From a virus, in IMG/VR virus record IMGVR_UViG_3300030107_000800, positions 1 to 64,000 of that record: 64,000 nucleotides of DNA; one strand, 5' to 3'. Shown in pieces: positions 10,801-21,706 of this stretch. Made by a program: the position numbers and the translations under genes. Numbering within the stretch: the stretch's first letter is position 1; each line of letters starts with the position of its first letter. The notes below the pieces were generated by a model. That model was not told where the DNA came from. It saw only the letters and a program-made list of their open reading frames with translations, and did no database searches.

Positions 10801-13357
10801 CAACCCCAGTATATGTCTGATCAGCTTGTCCAGCAATTGTACTAGATGCTGTTGCTGTTACAGATTGGATTCCACCACCAGGATCTCGTACTTTATCTCC
10901 AACTTGGAATGTTGCAGCAGCAATATTGTTTAATACAGGAGTAACTTGTTCTACCTGTGTGTTAGTTACTACCTTAGTTTCTGGTTGTACTAGATCAGAT
11001 GCATTGACAGTAAGAATATCATTCTTAGAATAACCATTACCACCATCTGCAACAGTTGCTTCAGTTACAACACCAAGTTCAGTAATAGTAAACTCAAAAT
11101 TTTGTCCATTACCATAAGAAGGAACAAAGTTTGCAACAATAGGACCAGCAGCATCAGGTGCAACAGATATTTCTACAGTAGTAGCATCAATAATACCAGT
11201 AACAGTAGTACCAGCAGCAAGAGAACCAGTACCACTTACTTTATTAACTTCCATTCCGTCTCCAATGAGACTAGAATTAGGAACAGTTAAGTAAGTTGTA
11301 TTCTGGTTAGTAATACTAATATCAGCATCACCTGGAGTTGGTGCTCCAACTGATAATGTTATTTGAGTAGCATTATCAACAGATGCAACAGTAGTACCAG
11401 CAGCTAACTGACCACTATTGTTAATGTTGGCAATAATATCAACAGTGTCACCAACTAAAATACCTGTTGTATCACTAAGTGTGATTTGTGGGTTAGAAGC
11501 AGCAACAGTCTGTACAGCAATAGTTAAATCTTCATTTGGAGTAGCACCACCAAGTAAATCACCAGTAATTAAAAGTTGGTCTGAAGGAAGATATCCTGTA
11601 CCAGCATTGTTAACAGTAATAGAATCATATGATGCGTTACCACCAGCATATATGACATTAACATCACAATTAAATCCAGTACCAGCACCACCAGTAGGAG
11701 TTATATTAGTAAATGTTGCGTTCGCACTACCAGCAGCAATACCAGTTAAGTTGTAAGTTTCAATTGCACCAGTAGAAACAAAAGTAGTACCTGGCCCAGT
11801 GAATTCTAATGTACCTCGTGCTTGAGTAGCAACATTAGTAGTACCACTTGGTAGAGTTAATGTATCATTAACAGCATATCCTGAACCATATGCAGAATAG
11901 TCATCAATAGCAAGAATAGCACCGAATTGACCACCAAGAGTATATTGGAATCCAGAACCTTCTACACCAGCACCTACATCTCCAGATGCCATTAAATCTG
12001 TTGCAGCAACTCCTAGTACATCACCAGAAGTATAAAGTCCATCACCAGAGTTAACAACAGAAACTGATGTGATAAGTCCACCAATATTTGTTATCTCAAC
12101 AGATAATCCATTACCAGTTGCATGATCAGTTAATGTAACTTGACCACCCATTCCTGCATGTTGGCCACAGTTTAAGTATAGAGGATTATTTGCAGGGTTA
12201 GCAGGAACTACAAATGTTATTTGTTTTGTTGTAGAACCTGTATAATTTGCTAACCAATCTGCCTCTGAAACATCTGTTCCATCAAGTGTGTATGTAACAC
12301 CATCAGAACTACCTATAATAGAAGCAGTATCATCTACAACAGTACCAAAGAATATTGGATGCGTATCCATACCAGCATCACTGGCATTGAATATATACGT
12401 TTTTCCTTTGAATAATGCGAAGTCTCCAGCTTGCTTTCCATCAAAGTAATATCTACCACTAGCAGCCTTAACTACAAATGTCTGTGTACCAGCAAGAGGA
12501 AGAGTTCCAGTAAGTACGTCACCTACTTGATAACCAGCACCTGCTGATACAACTTCACTACCTCCAGCAGCACCAAATTCTTGTACAACACTACCCTGAA
12601 CAGAAATATTAGCAAGGAAATTACTACCATTTCCTCCTGTTAAGGGAATACTCTTAAATATTCCATCTGGATACCCAGTACCACCAGTTGTAGTTGTAGT
12701 CCATGTCTCAACTGTGATGTCTGCTTGTAATCCACTACCAGTACCACCAGTAAGAACTACGTTAGTATAAGAACCACTTTGATAATTGCTACCACCATTA
12801 GTTAAAGCACCGCCAATCTCATCAATAGTAAAATCAATAGTAGCACCAGTACCACTACCACTTGTAGATACAGGAATATTTTGATATGAACCTGGAGTAT
12901 AAGCAGTACCATTATTGGTAATAGTTCCAATAAATCCAGCAACTGTCATTGCAAGAGAAGCACCGTCACCAGTACCACCCAGTGTTGCTACCTCTGGATA
13001 TGAACCAGCATCATAATTTGAACCAGCAGTTTGAATTGAAACAAGTAATGAATCGAGACTATTCTTTTCAACAACGAAATCCCTATAATACTTCGTTGCT
13101 GCTTCTGATAAATCTGATAATTTCTTACTATTACTAACAAATCCAAATACACCATTGGATTGTTTGTACATTCCCAAATCTGGATCGTTTGTAAAAGCCA
13201 AACTGGGATTGGAGATTGTACCATCTCCTAATTTTATATTACCTGCCTGTAGATCACTTCCTCCAGAAGTAACATTGAACAGTTGGTTGGCGATGTCGTT
13301 AACCTTTACCCTCTGCATTTCAAGGGTATCGGTTCTCGCTATATTAATTGCTGGCAT
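7844..13357 (-). CDS. Tail fibre / structural protein (1837 aa) with G-x-G-Y repeats, two cupredoxin-like modules and G.IR(F/Y)N...YEG fibre motifs
   Basis: Repeated GSGYxxxD/GGxGxGA units, GCIRFNTTSNQYEGY and GSIRYNTGTLQYEGF motifs, and HP...LYLNCGQHAGMGG. Confidence 0.82.
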   Translation of the reverse strand: MPAINIARTDTLEMQRVKVNDIANQLFNVTSGGSDLQAGNIKLGDGTISNPSLAFTNDPDLGMYKQSNGVFGFVSNSKKLSDLSEAATKYYRDFVVEKNSLDSLLVSIQTAGSNYDAGSYPEVATLGGTGDGASLAMTVAGFIGTITNNGTAYTPGSYQNIPVSTSGSGTGATIDFTIDEIGGALTNGGSNYQSGSYTNVVLTGGTGSGLQADITVETWTTTTTGGTGYPDGIFKSIPLTGGNGSNFLANISVQGSVVQEFGAAGGSEVVSAGAGYQVGDVLTGTLPLAGTQTFVVKAASGRYYFDGKQAGDFALFKGKTYIFNASDAGMDTHPIFFGTVVDDTASIIGSSDGVTYTLDGTDVSEADWLANYTGSTTKQITFVVPANPANNPLYLNCGQHAGMGGQVTLTDHATGNGLSVEITNIGGLITSVSVVNSGDGLYTSGDVLGVAATDLMASGDVGAGVEGSGFQYTLGGQFGAILAIDDYSAYGSGYAVNDTLTLPSGTTNVATQARGTLEFTGPGTTFVSTGAIETYNLTGIAAGSANATFTNITPTGGAGTGFNCDVNVIYAGGNASYDSITVNNAGTGYLPSDQLLITGDLLGGATPNEDLTIAVQTVAASNPQITLSDTTGILVGDTVDIIANINNSGQLAAGTTVASVDNATQITLSVGAPTPGDADISITNQNTTYLTVPNSSLIGDGMEVNKVSGTGSLAAGTTVTGIIDATTVEISVAPDAAGPIVANFVPSYGNGQNFEFTITELGVVTEATVADGGNGYSKNDILTVNASDLVQPETKVVTNTQVEQVTPVLNNIAAATFQVGDKVRDPGGGIQSVTATASSTIAGQADQTYTGVASTSGGNGTGATFDVTRDNTGAVISLSVNQSGLGIFYTDTDTITIAGNLVGGSAPADNITANVDQVTTAGNAVDIQKIKTNGGNISYIICDYFGFSAGGFIVNENAPTTAYEVQTSVDDYRFLIDTVFNPSLTFYAGNSYSFDLNSATLGGHVFSLSSFPDGRWDRVEGITATLTSTATQITVGSTTGLKVGFIVEKDLADQGLGAFAADTRIVTVDSSTQFTVDKLPTVGGAIEFNAYGAEYTDGVTRVTAAGSESLTIKVTETTPTLYYYCATDSVDHTNEGGEDGEEATITIDLNNPKTFGSGFQLLVNDVVVEEIIKGEVLTGAFTVKDVVSTDATISNGTVTNLDTTVAKAATSIETPLLTAPLTAGAVTGKKLTIQTDTNKDIEVLTQNFKVGLDVAGTFTPKLTIAADTGNLEVAVGGYIKSEDIRAGDNLKITGPNTTIASLGGNDLILNPDIGRIVEVTALSGFVIPAGDTASRPGPAITKDGCIRFNTTSNQYEGYHSSTTSWSSLGGVRDLDGNTYMLAEETVGANDNTIWFFNDNVNTLKVSPNFLEFVNMKKIRSVNVLAPAYTEWNANAPVTAGQYLKWLNNLYEVTTSGTTATTGNEPIHTSGALANGTAVLTFWGLGVAPLEFDDIQELRVGPNKTCPLVIGGDLRLFGAEISTDISDLNIRPNSGKKVKIDAATSLVVPSGNTAQRGVAERGSIRYNTGTLQYEGFDGLNWGSLGGVKDVDQDTYIVPELTAGGDEDTLYFYNAGNNSLRLTQSAFEFYTVDTIVSATSDEFEITASLFTFDNAATTLDNTSTTKTFLHSSKQYFDLGVSSGVYTDPILRFDDQGDVYLNTGFGTGNYNGVKVFDSDLKEFELSDVRILSDVITLVKGSSNSGNSIIYPTATEKGAKVTVVAENLSNGAREMYEFGVIDDTTNVIYNEYGNLRTGAQLIVPTWEMTTNSEVRLNIDLGANVLATHTIKITVVSNITKK

Positions 13358-13547
13358 TTACTATTTCTCGCAACAGGGACTTAATCTCGAAGAGTTCATT
13401 CTTCAACATATTTATGTCCTCCAATGCGGAAGATAGCTGTTTTGACTTTCTTCTAGCTTCTATAGCAGAATCGTCACGATTGATGATGGCCCCTGTATTT
13501 ACGTCTCTTACGAGACCATCATGGCCATCAACCTTCAAATAGTCCAT
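13344..13547 (-). CDS. Small conserved T4-like protein with C-terminal coiled coil (67 aa)
   Basis: KVDGHDGLVRDVNTGAIIN motif, typical of the gene following VrlC-like genes. Overlaps the next start. Confidence 0.75.
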   Translation of the reverse strand: MDYLKVDGHDGLVRDVNTGAIINRDDSAIEARRKSKQLSSALEDINMLKNELFEIKSLLREIVNASN

Positions 13548-13555
13548 ACGCGGAA

Positions 13556-16500
13556 TTAGAAAGATGCTACTGCTCTAATGTCTTGAATCTTAGGAACATA
13601 TGATGGATCAACTGATTTCATTACTACTTTAACAGCAAATGATGAGAACTCAGGAAGATCAGAAGCACTAAACTTCAATTCTTGATATGCAGATTGTTTT
13701 TCAACAATACCTGATATATTATTCTCACTAGTTGCTACTTCAAGACTATCTGGTTCACCAGAATTATTGAAATATACCCAATCAATATCCTCAAAATTCT
13801 CCTGACTAGAGGCTTTCTTATATCTGTATAGAACAGCAACATTAGAAATATCTTTAACGTTAGCTGTTAAACGAACATCAACAGCAGTTGCTGGACTACC
13901 AATAGAAACTTCTTTAGTTACATACTTAGCAACAGAAGAACTATTCTTAGATGTATTCTCTGATACAAAATCATCACCATTTGTATAAGTTATTGTACCA
14001 ACCTCTAAGAATGATGCTTCATCATCTGGTTGATTTGGATATTTTACAAAATCACCAACGCGGAAAATGTCAGCAATTTGAGACGCTACATCAGCATTTC
14101 TGTTGTAAAGAGCATTATCCTGTATTCTTCCTGTGAAATCATCATTGATTGGTTGTGTATCTACTCTAAGAGTTAATTCTTGAGTCTTATTATTCCAGAG
14201 AGTTGCACTACCTGTAATAAGATTATCATATGTCTGAGTAATAGTAGATGGATTACGAGCAATTATTGTTGCAGCATCTGCTATCTCAGCTAATACTTGA
14301 GATGGACTACTATCAATAGTAACATTTGTTAATGAAGATTGATTAGCAAGTTCTACACCTTCACCTTTCTGGAAGAATTGACTTGTTTTAACTCGTACAT
14401 AAACTGTAGTACCATCAACTTTAGCAATAGTACCTGTGGCCTTTGTTGCTTTTCCTTGAATAGTTTGATCAGCAGTTATTGCAGTACCACCATTTCCAGC
14501 AAGTTGGAAAGAATAGACTGGATAGAACTCAATAATTTGATCTCTTCTTCCAAATCTATCTTCTTGACCACTAGCATTTTCTACTCTATTAGAAGATGTT
14601 ATGACAGAAGAAGTAGAAAGATCTACAATTGGACTCAAATGAGACACAGTAGACGAGAGCCACATTTTATAAACCAATGAATTAGATACATTGTTCATAG
14701 TTTCATTGATCTTAGAAGCAATAAACTTCTGATTTGTAAAATAATGAGACTCATTTAAGAATGTCTTCTCATAATCTGTTTGAGAATAAGAAGTATAATT
14801 GGTTGTTGTAGAGTCTACTGGTATTACATTAGTAGTCTTAACCCAACTTTCTAATTTAGTTCCAGTAAATGTTAGATAACTTACTTGTGGATATAAAGTT
14901 TCAAACTTTCTATTGTAACTAGCATAAGTTACATCTCCACCACCAATAGTATTACCTGCTGCTTTAGAAGTAGAAGTAATATTATAAGTGTCAATACCAG
15001 AGTTTGTTACTTGGAAGAGAGTATTATTTAAAATATCTGCTGTTATACCACCAGTTTCTTTTGCATCTCTATAGAAGACGTAAGAATCACCACCAGTTTC
15101 AAATCCATTATCTCTATGATGTACTCTTAATACACTGTTATTATTCTTGAATAATTTTGCAGTAGCAGCTGTACTTGCACCAGCATTTGTTTCAAATGGA
15201 TTACTATCAAGTAATTCATATCCAAGACTCTTATTCTTAAGAAGTAACTCAGCAGGTCTTGTTATATCAAATTCTGCACGATAAACTTTAAACTTAAGAT
15301 CCTCAAATATATCTTCTGTCCAGTTATCTACGTTTTGTGATCGGTATACCGAACCTAATGAAGGTTGAGTCGTGATAGTTGTACTTGTTGATATGTCGGT
15401 TTCCCCTAAACGAGATGCCCACATTTCATAATCTACAGAATCAGTCTCTGCTGTTAATGCATACTCAGTATCATTCTGTAAATATACAGGATAATCAAAT
15501 GCAAAGTGTGTAGGTGTTGTAGATTCAGTAACTCCTACTTCATCTATTGCTACACCCATACTAACTGCTGGAGAATCAATATCAATAAATGTTTCAATCT
15601 CACATCCACCTGCACCATTACCAACACCTTTAACTACAACAGATGGTGGTTCTGTATATCCATAACCATTAAGAGATATTTCTGTATTATAAACTTTACC
15701 ACCAGAAACTTCTATACGTGCAGTAGCAACTGATCCACCTGGAAGTTGAGGACTTTCAATAGTAAGAATAGCACTATCATAATTAAGTCCTGGGTTAGTA
15801 ACTCTAATATCTGATAACTTACCACTATCCTTAGCAATAGTTAATTTTATTTCTGTTCCTTCAGTAGCATTTGCTAATGTAACAGATGGAATAGATAGAT
15901 CTTCATTCTGTTGGAATGAACGTCCATTATGATTACTTAAAACAAGTGTATAAACTTGTTCATTAGTTAGAGAAAACTTACCAGAAGCAGATGCAACTAG
16001 ATCAACACCATTCTTATCAATTACTTTAAGAATAGGGCCACTAGCAGCAGAAGATGTACCAGTTACTTTCTCATCTTTATATACTGATGCATTACCATTA
16101 GTATAACATTTAAGGAATGTATTTGGTGTTAAAGTTTTCTCTGTACCAGGAATAACATTCTTACCAGGTTTATCACTATCTACATTAGTTAAGTATACTT
16201 TAACAGGGATATTACTACTCTTCTTATTAAAGAATAAATCAACTCCAGTTGCAAATACACCACCTTCATAATTCTCAACTTTAAATGTCTGAGCAAGAGG
16301 ATTAGGTCTAATTGGATTGTCTGTATTACTATCAACTAATTGAACACCTTCATTTGCTTTGAAGTATGCAGGTTTAGTTGAAACAATACTAGATGGATTT
16401 TCTGGAAGAATACCTGTAGCATAATATGTAACCTCTGCATAACTATCTACTGTTGCTTTATCTTCATCAGTAGAACTAGAAGTAAATCTTATTGTCTTAG

Positions 16501-19500
16501 CACCAGTAGTGATTCTTATCTCTTCTGCTGTTGTGTCATAATCAACAGTATCAACATCTCCAGGCCAAGTAGCATTTTCTCTTGGTGGATTACCAGCAGG
16601 AAGTAAAATTATTCCACTAGCATTACCATATTCATCAGTAATAACTTCACCATTAAATGCTGATAATGAGTTACCAGCAATACCAGTAAATCTAAGGTCA
16701 GGGTTAACCCAACGATTAACATTTCTACCTTCTAAGAAAACATTAATCTTAGTATTTGGTTTTAGTCTTCTTACAGCAAACTTAATAGGAGTACTCTTAG
16801 CAAAGAATTGTAATGCAGTAGATACAAGATTTCCTCTTACACTCTTAGTTTGTAGTCCTTTTCCAACATCATTATTTTGAGGACTGATATTAGAAGAACT
16901 TGAAACAGATGCTAAATTAATTGATGATTGAGCCTCTTGTGTATTAACTGTTCCTAATGAATTAATAGAACTAAATGATGGAGCAGAACCAACCCAGTTT
17001 ACAACAAATGAATTATGTAAACTAGAGAAACTTTCTTTAATACTTTCCTTAGCAAGGAATATTGTGTATAAGTTAGTATTTGTATCAACAACTAATGGTT
17101 CTACACTTTGATCATACCAAGTATTAACACTAGGTGATATTTCACTATCACCAACATATTGAATAACAACAAATGGATTTGGATTTAATTTCTTAGATGC
17201 AAAATCATTTCCTAAAAGATCTAAATGTGAATATGGTAAAGTAATAATATCACCAGACTTCTTATATCCAGAAACAGATCTTTGATCTTCTCTTGTATTA
17301 ACTTCTACTAGAGATACAGAATCTTCTTTCGACTGTGGCCTTAGAACAGACTGTTGAGTATTAATAGAACAATTATAATCTAATGATGATAGATTACCAA
17401 CTTGATGTGCCTCAAAGTTATCAACAAAGAATCCACTCTTAAAGCGATCCATACCAATCTCATCCTTGACCTGCATGTTCAATGCCTGTTGCTCAAGAAT
17501 GCTTAATGTTGTGTAATATTCTAAACGATCAATACGTTTCTCCAACTTACCAATATCACGCATTGTATAACGCTTATTGTCAACAGGAGTAATTCTTACA
17601 TCCTTACTTGTTGTAGTATAAGCAGGAATATAAACATAGAATAATGATACAGCATCATCTACAGGATCTGGTTTTGATGGGTTAAGAGAAGAATTACCTT
17701 CCTTAATGAGAAACTCACCCTTCTTATTGAGAAAGACTCCATCAATACGATCTAAGTATTGAACCTGACTGAATGAGAATGTATATTCTAAATTAGTATC
17801 TGGAGCAGGAGTAGAAGCAACTACAGAACCAGCACCAGCAAATTGACCAGCTGTAACTTCTAATGAAGATACATCTTGGAATCCAGCAATAATTGCATCA
17901 TTATCTACCTTTGGTCTAAAGTCAATAACATTCTTAAGTTGTAATATTCCATGAACAGATGAGTTGAAAGAAGGAATTTCATCTTCTGTAACACCTGCTT
18001 CATGTAAGTAACTATCAATAGTACAGAAATCACCTTGTGATTGCTCGAAGTAATCAAAAGCAACTACTAATTGTCCTGTAGGTTGCTCGAATCCTGGCTT
18101 GAGAACAATTCTTGAAACGTCGTAAATCGTATCTCTTTGACCATTATCGAAGGTGAACCTGTTAGTAACGTCAGTACCACTAATAAGATTACCAGCACTA
18201 TCAACTTCAGGCGGTTGTGATGTTGATCCTTCATATACATATCTAAGTTTGTATGCATCAGAATAAGATAATATTTCTACAACTTCAGTATCATAACTAG
18301 TTCCTCTAAGTGGAACTACACGATCACCTGAAGAATCAATAACAATCCTCTTATTCTTAATTGCTGTCTTAAGTCTTGGCTTAGCATTAATAACTTCAAG
18401 TGTAGCAGTTAATTTTAATGTTGGGAATGTTCCATTAGATGCAATACTACCAAAGTAATTAGATGGTAATTGAAGACTAATACTACCAGAAGTAAGGCCA
18501 CTAGCAGTATCAGTAGCAGAAGTTACTTCGACAGAATCAGCAGGAACATAGATTATATCACCATTTGAAATATCAGTTGAATCACCTTTGTTTAATACAG
18601 TAATAATAAAGTTACTTTCAGAGAAAGTAGCAAATCTTTGTGTTCCAAATGGTAATTGTGCAGCGAATGTTACAGTACCACCAGATGTAGAAGCAGTAGT
18701 AACAAAATCTCTACGGAAGTAATACTTAATTTTACTATCTTCAGTACCAGCAGATATCTTCTCTACTTGCTTACTTCCAGTTGGGAATAATAATGTTCCA
18801 GAGTTTGAATTATTAACTTTAGGACGTAACCTAACAATACTTGTATTAGTTACATCACCAGGTAATGCAATATCAAGATATATACGAGTCTTAGCAGATC
18901 CTTCTTGTTTAGTAGCATATTGAACTACTGCACGTACAAGATTGTTTGCAGAATCTGAGAACTGTACTAAATCTCCTTGTTGTAATAAAGGAGCAGCATC
19001 AGCACTAAAACTAGTAGACTCTACAAAATTGTATCCTTTGCTACCAAAGAATGTAAAATCTGTTACACTCTTAATTTCTGAAAAATCTTGACTATCTACA
19101 ACAATATCAGCACTGAATGTATTTGCATTTCCAGATCCATATGAACATCCAACAGACTTAACATTCTGTGGTGTATATGTTGTTACTGCATTCCTATTTA
19201 AAACAGGAAGTATATTAGCAGCAGTACTTGGATTACCAGCACCACTTGGGTTCTTGGCAACTATAACTGGTGGTTGAGCATATTCAACATTAACAGCATT
19301 TCTATTAACTACTTCTACTTTAAGAACATTACCAGCAGGATTCTTAGTTACAAGAATCTTAGATGGATCATATTCAACACCATTAACAACAACAGTAACA
19401 CCATCTGCATATCCAACACCTCTATTGTTAACAATGAAATGAGATATTGTATTATCTTTAGCAATCTTAATTGTTACTCCACCTTCATCTCTAATCGTCT

Positions 19501-21649
19501 CACCAGACTGGAATCTACCAGAGAGCGTCTTAATGAACAAAATCCTACCAGTAGTATAAACACCAGAAGGAGCACCTTCTACGACACCATAAGCACCACT
19601 GTTGATGCCATAGACATACTTACCTTCATCAAATCCTGTTACTGGGACAGATTCTAATAAAATCTTAGTAAAGAATTGGGGATCAAAGTACGATAGTCCA
19701 AATGTACTATTATAAGAAGCAGTACCTTCAGAAAGACGGCCTTTAGATAAAACAATATCAGAATCAGAATTAAATCCTAATCCTCTCTTATGTAAGAAGA
19801 AGTTACTTGGTTTTACCTTACCTATAACAGGAGTAACTGTTTCACCATAATCTACAATATGTCCTAACTCATTATTATCATTTTCAGCATCACTTGCAGA
19901 TAAGAATAACTTTCTACGATTATTTCCATCTCCAGCATCATATTCTGTTAATAATAATTCTAATTCATCTTTAGAACCTTTAACTGTTAGTTCTAAGAAG
20001 AATACAGAATCAGAAGAATTAACAAGTGGCTTATTAACTTTAGCATATGCTAATGATGTAATAGAACTAGTAGCAGTTGGACTTCCACCACCACTTCTTG
20101 ATTTAACAATATAAAGAGTACCAAGACTACTTTCAAATGTTCCATCTGTAATGGAAGTTATAGTTGTAGTAGCATTAGTTATAGCAATACTAATAGTTTT
20201 TACAGCATCATTAGAACTGAAAATAGTACCTCTCTTATTAAGAGTTTGTCTATGATCAGTTGCTAATTCAGTTCCATTTAATCCTATAGAACCATCATTA
20301 AAAGTAGAATATAAAAATACGTCAGGATATGCAGTAAGTTGAGATCCTTCTTTATTAAGTGGTACACTACCAAATACATTAGATACATTAAATGTAGGTA
20401 GACCTTTAGTTTTTAAAGTTACATTATCACTAGAGAGACTTTCTCTTGCTTTTTGAATATCTAAGTACTTAGTCTCTTTATTGACAATTTCATATCCCTT
20501 AATATATGCTTTACCTGGACCAATACTTGCAACCATCTTCTTAGATGCATCAGTTGCTGATTGGCCATTAAAAAGTCCAAATTCATCAACAGCATATATT
20601 CCTTGATTGCCATCCTTCTGAGCATATTCTCTAATATCAATAGAAAAATCTCTTACAACATAATCACCACTCTCGTCATATGTTCTACGAGCAAGTGTTT
20701 GTTCTAAGAGATTATAATTTGTTGGTGATATCTTCTTCTGTACAACTCCTCTTGAAACAGTGAGAAGTTGAATAAAATTCTTATCTGTAATTGCATTAAG
20801 AGCAAACTCCTTAAGAGTAAGAGATATCTTTAATCTATGTCCACCTGGAGCAGTATAGTTAGATGATCCTATTGCATTATCATATAGAGATGCATCCTTC
20901 TCAGGAGTTATAATATCTTCTACAATATTAAATCCAACCTTTGCAGATGGTTTATTGTAATACTCATCAATAACAAGCAATCCAGCGTCGTTACGGACAA
21001 AGTAACCATTAATGAAGTATATACCTTCTTCTACCTTAACAGCAGATCCATATCCCATTGCAGGACTCTCTAAAGAAGCAACTTCACCTGTATCAGGATT
21101 AGTTACTTGAATACTCGTAGGAAGTACACTACCGTCTGTACCTACCACGAGTAAAGGAGTATTTACACCATCAACAACTTCCAGAGTTTCACCTTGTCTG
21201 AAAGTTGGTTCAGTATTTGAGTTACCACTGTTTAAGTAATTAACATAAACTGTATCAGCAGTTGCTTCAGTTGCTAGTTTAGTTGTTAATACAGTACCAA
21301 TAACACCAGAAGTTAGACCTTTCAACTGCTGACCAACTAGCTGAGAAATGTCGTACTTTTTATAAACTATATTACCTGCACCATCGTTAACTGCTACCTC
21401 TGAAACAGATGATAGTTTAACGTAATCTAATTTCGTATTTAATCCTACTTCACCAGGTATGACAAGTTCACCCTGTTTAAAGGCATACTTACCAAAACTT
21501 TCTACTTGGTTTTGTAGAATAGATTGTAATTGAGTTAATTCCCTTCCTTGGATTGAATATCCAGGTCGAAAGAGAATTTTATAAAAATTCTTACTACTGT
21601 CAAAGTCCTCGTAATAAGGAGCTACATTTAAGTTGGTCTTCTGTGGCAT
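13556..21649 (-). CDS. VrlC-like / DUF4815 large virion structural protein (2697 aa)
   Basis: N-terminus NLNVAPYYEDFD..KNFYKILFRPGYSIQGRELTQLQSILQNQ, plus LARRTYDESGDY, RYTMRDIGKLEKRI..LEYYTTLS and C-terminal PKIQDIRAVA. Confidence 0.85.
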   Translation of the reverse strand: MPQKTNLNVAPYYEDFDSSKNFYKILFRPGYSIQGRELTQLQSILQNQVESFGKYAFKQGELVIPGEVGLNTKLDYVKLSSVSEVAVNDGAGNIVYKKYDISQLVGQQLKGLTSGVIGTVLTTKLATEATADTVYVNYLNSGNSNTEPTFRQGETLEVVDGVNTPLLVVGTDGSVLPTSIQVTNPDTGEVASLESPAMGYGSAVKVEEGIYFINGYFVRNDAGLLVIDEYYNKPSAKVGFNIVEDIITPEKDASLYDNAIGSSNYTAPGGHRLKISLTLKEFALNAITDKNFIQLLTVSRGVVQKKISPTNYNLLEQTLARRTYDESGDYVVRDFSIDIREYAQKDGNQGIYAVDEFGLFNGQSATDASKKMVASIGPGKAYIKGYEIVNKETKYLDIQKARESLSSDNVTLKTKGLPTFNVSNVFGSVPLNKEGSQLTAYPDVFLYSTFNDGSIGLNGTELATDHRQTLNKRGTIFSSNDAVKTISIAITNATTTITSITDGTFESSLGTLYIVKSRSGGGSPTATSSITSLAYAKVNKPLVNSSDSVFFLELTVKGSKDELELLLTEYDAGDGNNRRKLFLSASDAENDNNELGHIVDYGETVTPVIGKVKPSNFFLHKRGLGFNSDSDIVLSKGRLSEGTASYNSTFGLSYFDPQFFTKILLESVPVTGFDEGKYVYGINSGAYGVVEGAPSGVYTTGRILFIKTLSGRFQSGETIRDEGGVTIKIAKDNTISHFIVNNRGVGYADGVTVVVNGVEYDPSKILVTKNPAGNVLKVEVVNRNAVNVEYAQPPVIVAKNPSGAGNPSTAANILPVLNRNAVTTYTPQNVKSVGCSYGSGNANTFSADIVVDSQDFSEIKSVTDFTFFGSKGYNFVESTSFSADAAPLLQQGDLVQFSDSANNLVRAVVQYATKQEGSAKTRIYLDIALPGDVTNTSIVRLRPKVNNSNSGTLLFPTGSKQVEKISAGTEDSKIKYYFRRDFVTTASTSGGTVTFAAQLPFGTQRFATFSESNFIITVLNKGDSTDISNGDIIYVPADSVEVTSATDTASGLTSGSISLQLPSNYFGSIASNGTFPTLKLTATLEVINAKPRLKTAIKNKRIVIDSSGDRVVPLRGTSYDTEVVEILSYSDAYKLRYVYEGSTSQPPEVDSAGNLISGTDVTNRFTFDNGQRDTIYDVSRIVLKPGFEQPTGQLVVAFDYFEQSQGDFCTIDSYLHEAGVTEDEIPSFNSSVHGILQLKNVIDFRPKVDNDAIIAGFQDVSSLEVTAGQFAGAGSVVASTPAPDTNLEYTFSFSQVQYLDRIDGVFLNKKGEFLIKEGNSSLNPSKPDPVDDAVSLFYVYIPAYTTTSKDVRITPVDNKRYTMRDIGKLEKRIDRLEYYTTLSILEQQALNMQVKDEIGMDRFKSGFFVDNFEAHQVGNLSSLDYNCSINTQQSVLRPQSKEDSVSLVEVNTREDQRSVSGYKKSGDIITLPYSHLDLLGNDFASKKLNPNPFVVIQYVGDSEISPSVNTWYDQSVEPLVVDTNTNLYTIFLAKESIKESFSSLHNSFVVNWVGSAPSFSSINSLGTVNTQEAQSSINLASVSSSSNISPQNNDVGKGLQTKSVRGNLVSTALQFFAKSTPIKFAVRRLKPNTKINVFLEGRNVNRWVNPDLRFTGIAGNSLSAFNGEVITDEYGNASGIILLPAGNPPRENATWPGDVDTVDYDTTAEEIRITTGAKTIRFTSSSTDEDKATVDSYAEVTYYATGILPENPSSIVSTKPAYFKANEGVQLVDSNTDNPIRPNPLAQTFKVENYEGGVFATGVDLFFNKKSSNIPVKVYLTNVDSDKPGKNVIPGTEKTLTPNTFLKCYTNGNASVYKDEKVTGTSSAASGPILKVIDKNGVDLVASASGKFSLTNEQVYTLVLSNHNGRSFQQNEDLSIPSVTLANATEGTEIKLTIAKDSGKLSDIRVTNPGLNYDSAILTIESPQLPGGSVATARIEVSGGKVYNTEISLNGYGYTEPPSVVVKGVGNGAGGCEIETFIDIDSPAVSMGVAIDEVGVTESTTPTHFAFDYPVYLQNDTEYALTAETDSVDYEMWASRLGETDISTSTTITTQPSLGSVYRSQNVDNWTEDIFEDLKFKVYRAEFDITRPAELLLKNKSLGYELLDSNPFETNAGASTAATAKLFKNNNSVLRVHHRDNGFETGGDSYVFYRDAKETGGITADILNNTLFQVTNSGIDTYNITSTSKAAGNTIGGGDVTYASYNRKFETLYPQVSYLTFTGTKLESWVKTTNVIPVDSTTTNYTSYSQTDYEKTFLNESHYFTNQKFIASKINETMNNVSNSLVYKMWLSSTVSHLSPIVDLSTSSVITSSNRVENASGQEDRFGRRDQIIEFYPVYSFQLAGNGGTAITADQTIQGKATKATGTIAKVDGTTVYVRVKTSQFFQKGEGVELANQSSLTNVTIDSSPSQVLAEIADAATIIARNPSTITQTYDNLITGSATLWNNKTQELTLRVDTQPINDDFTGRIQDNALYNRNADVASQIADIFRVGDFVKYPNQPDDEASFLEVGTITYTNGDDFVSENTSKNSSSVAKYVTKEVSIGSPATAVDVRLTANVKDISNVAVLYRYKKASSQENFEDIDWVYFNNSGEPDSLEVATSENNISGIVEKQSAYQELKFSASDLPEFSSFAVKVVMKSVDPSYVPKIQDIRAVASF

Positions 21650-21684
21650 GGTATTATCGCCAATACTAGCATTCTTATCTCTAG

Positions 21685-21691
21685 TATTTAG
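21685..21691 (-). promoter_or_regulatory. T4-type late promoter core (CTAAATA)
   Basis: Intergenic, upstream of the VrlC-like gene. Confidence 0.7.
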
Positions 21692-21706
21692 CGACTTTTA
21701 CCAAGA

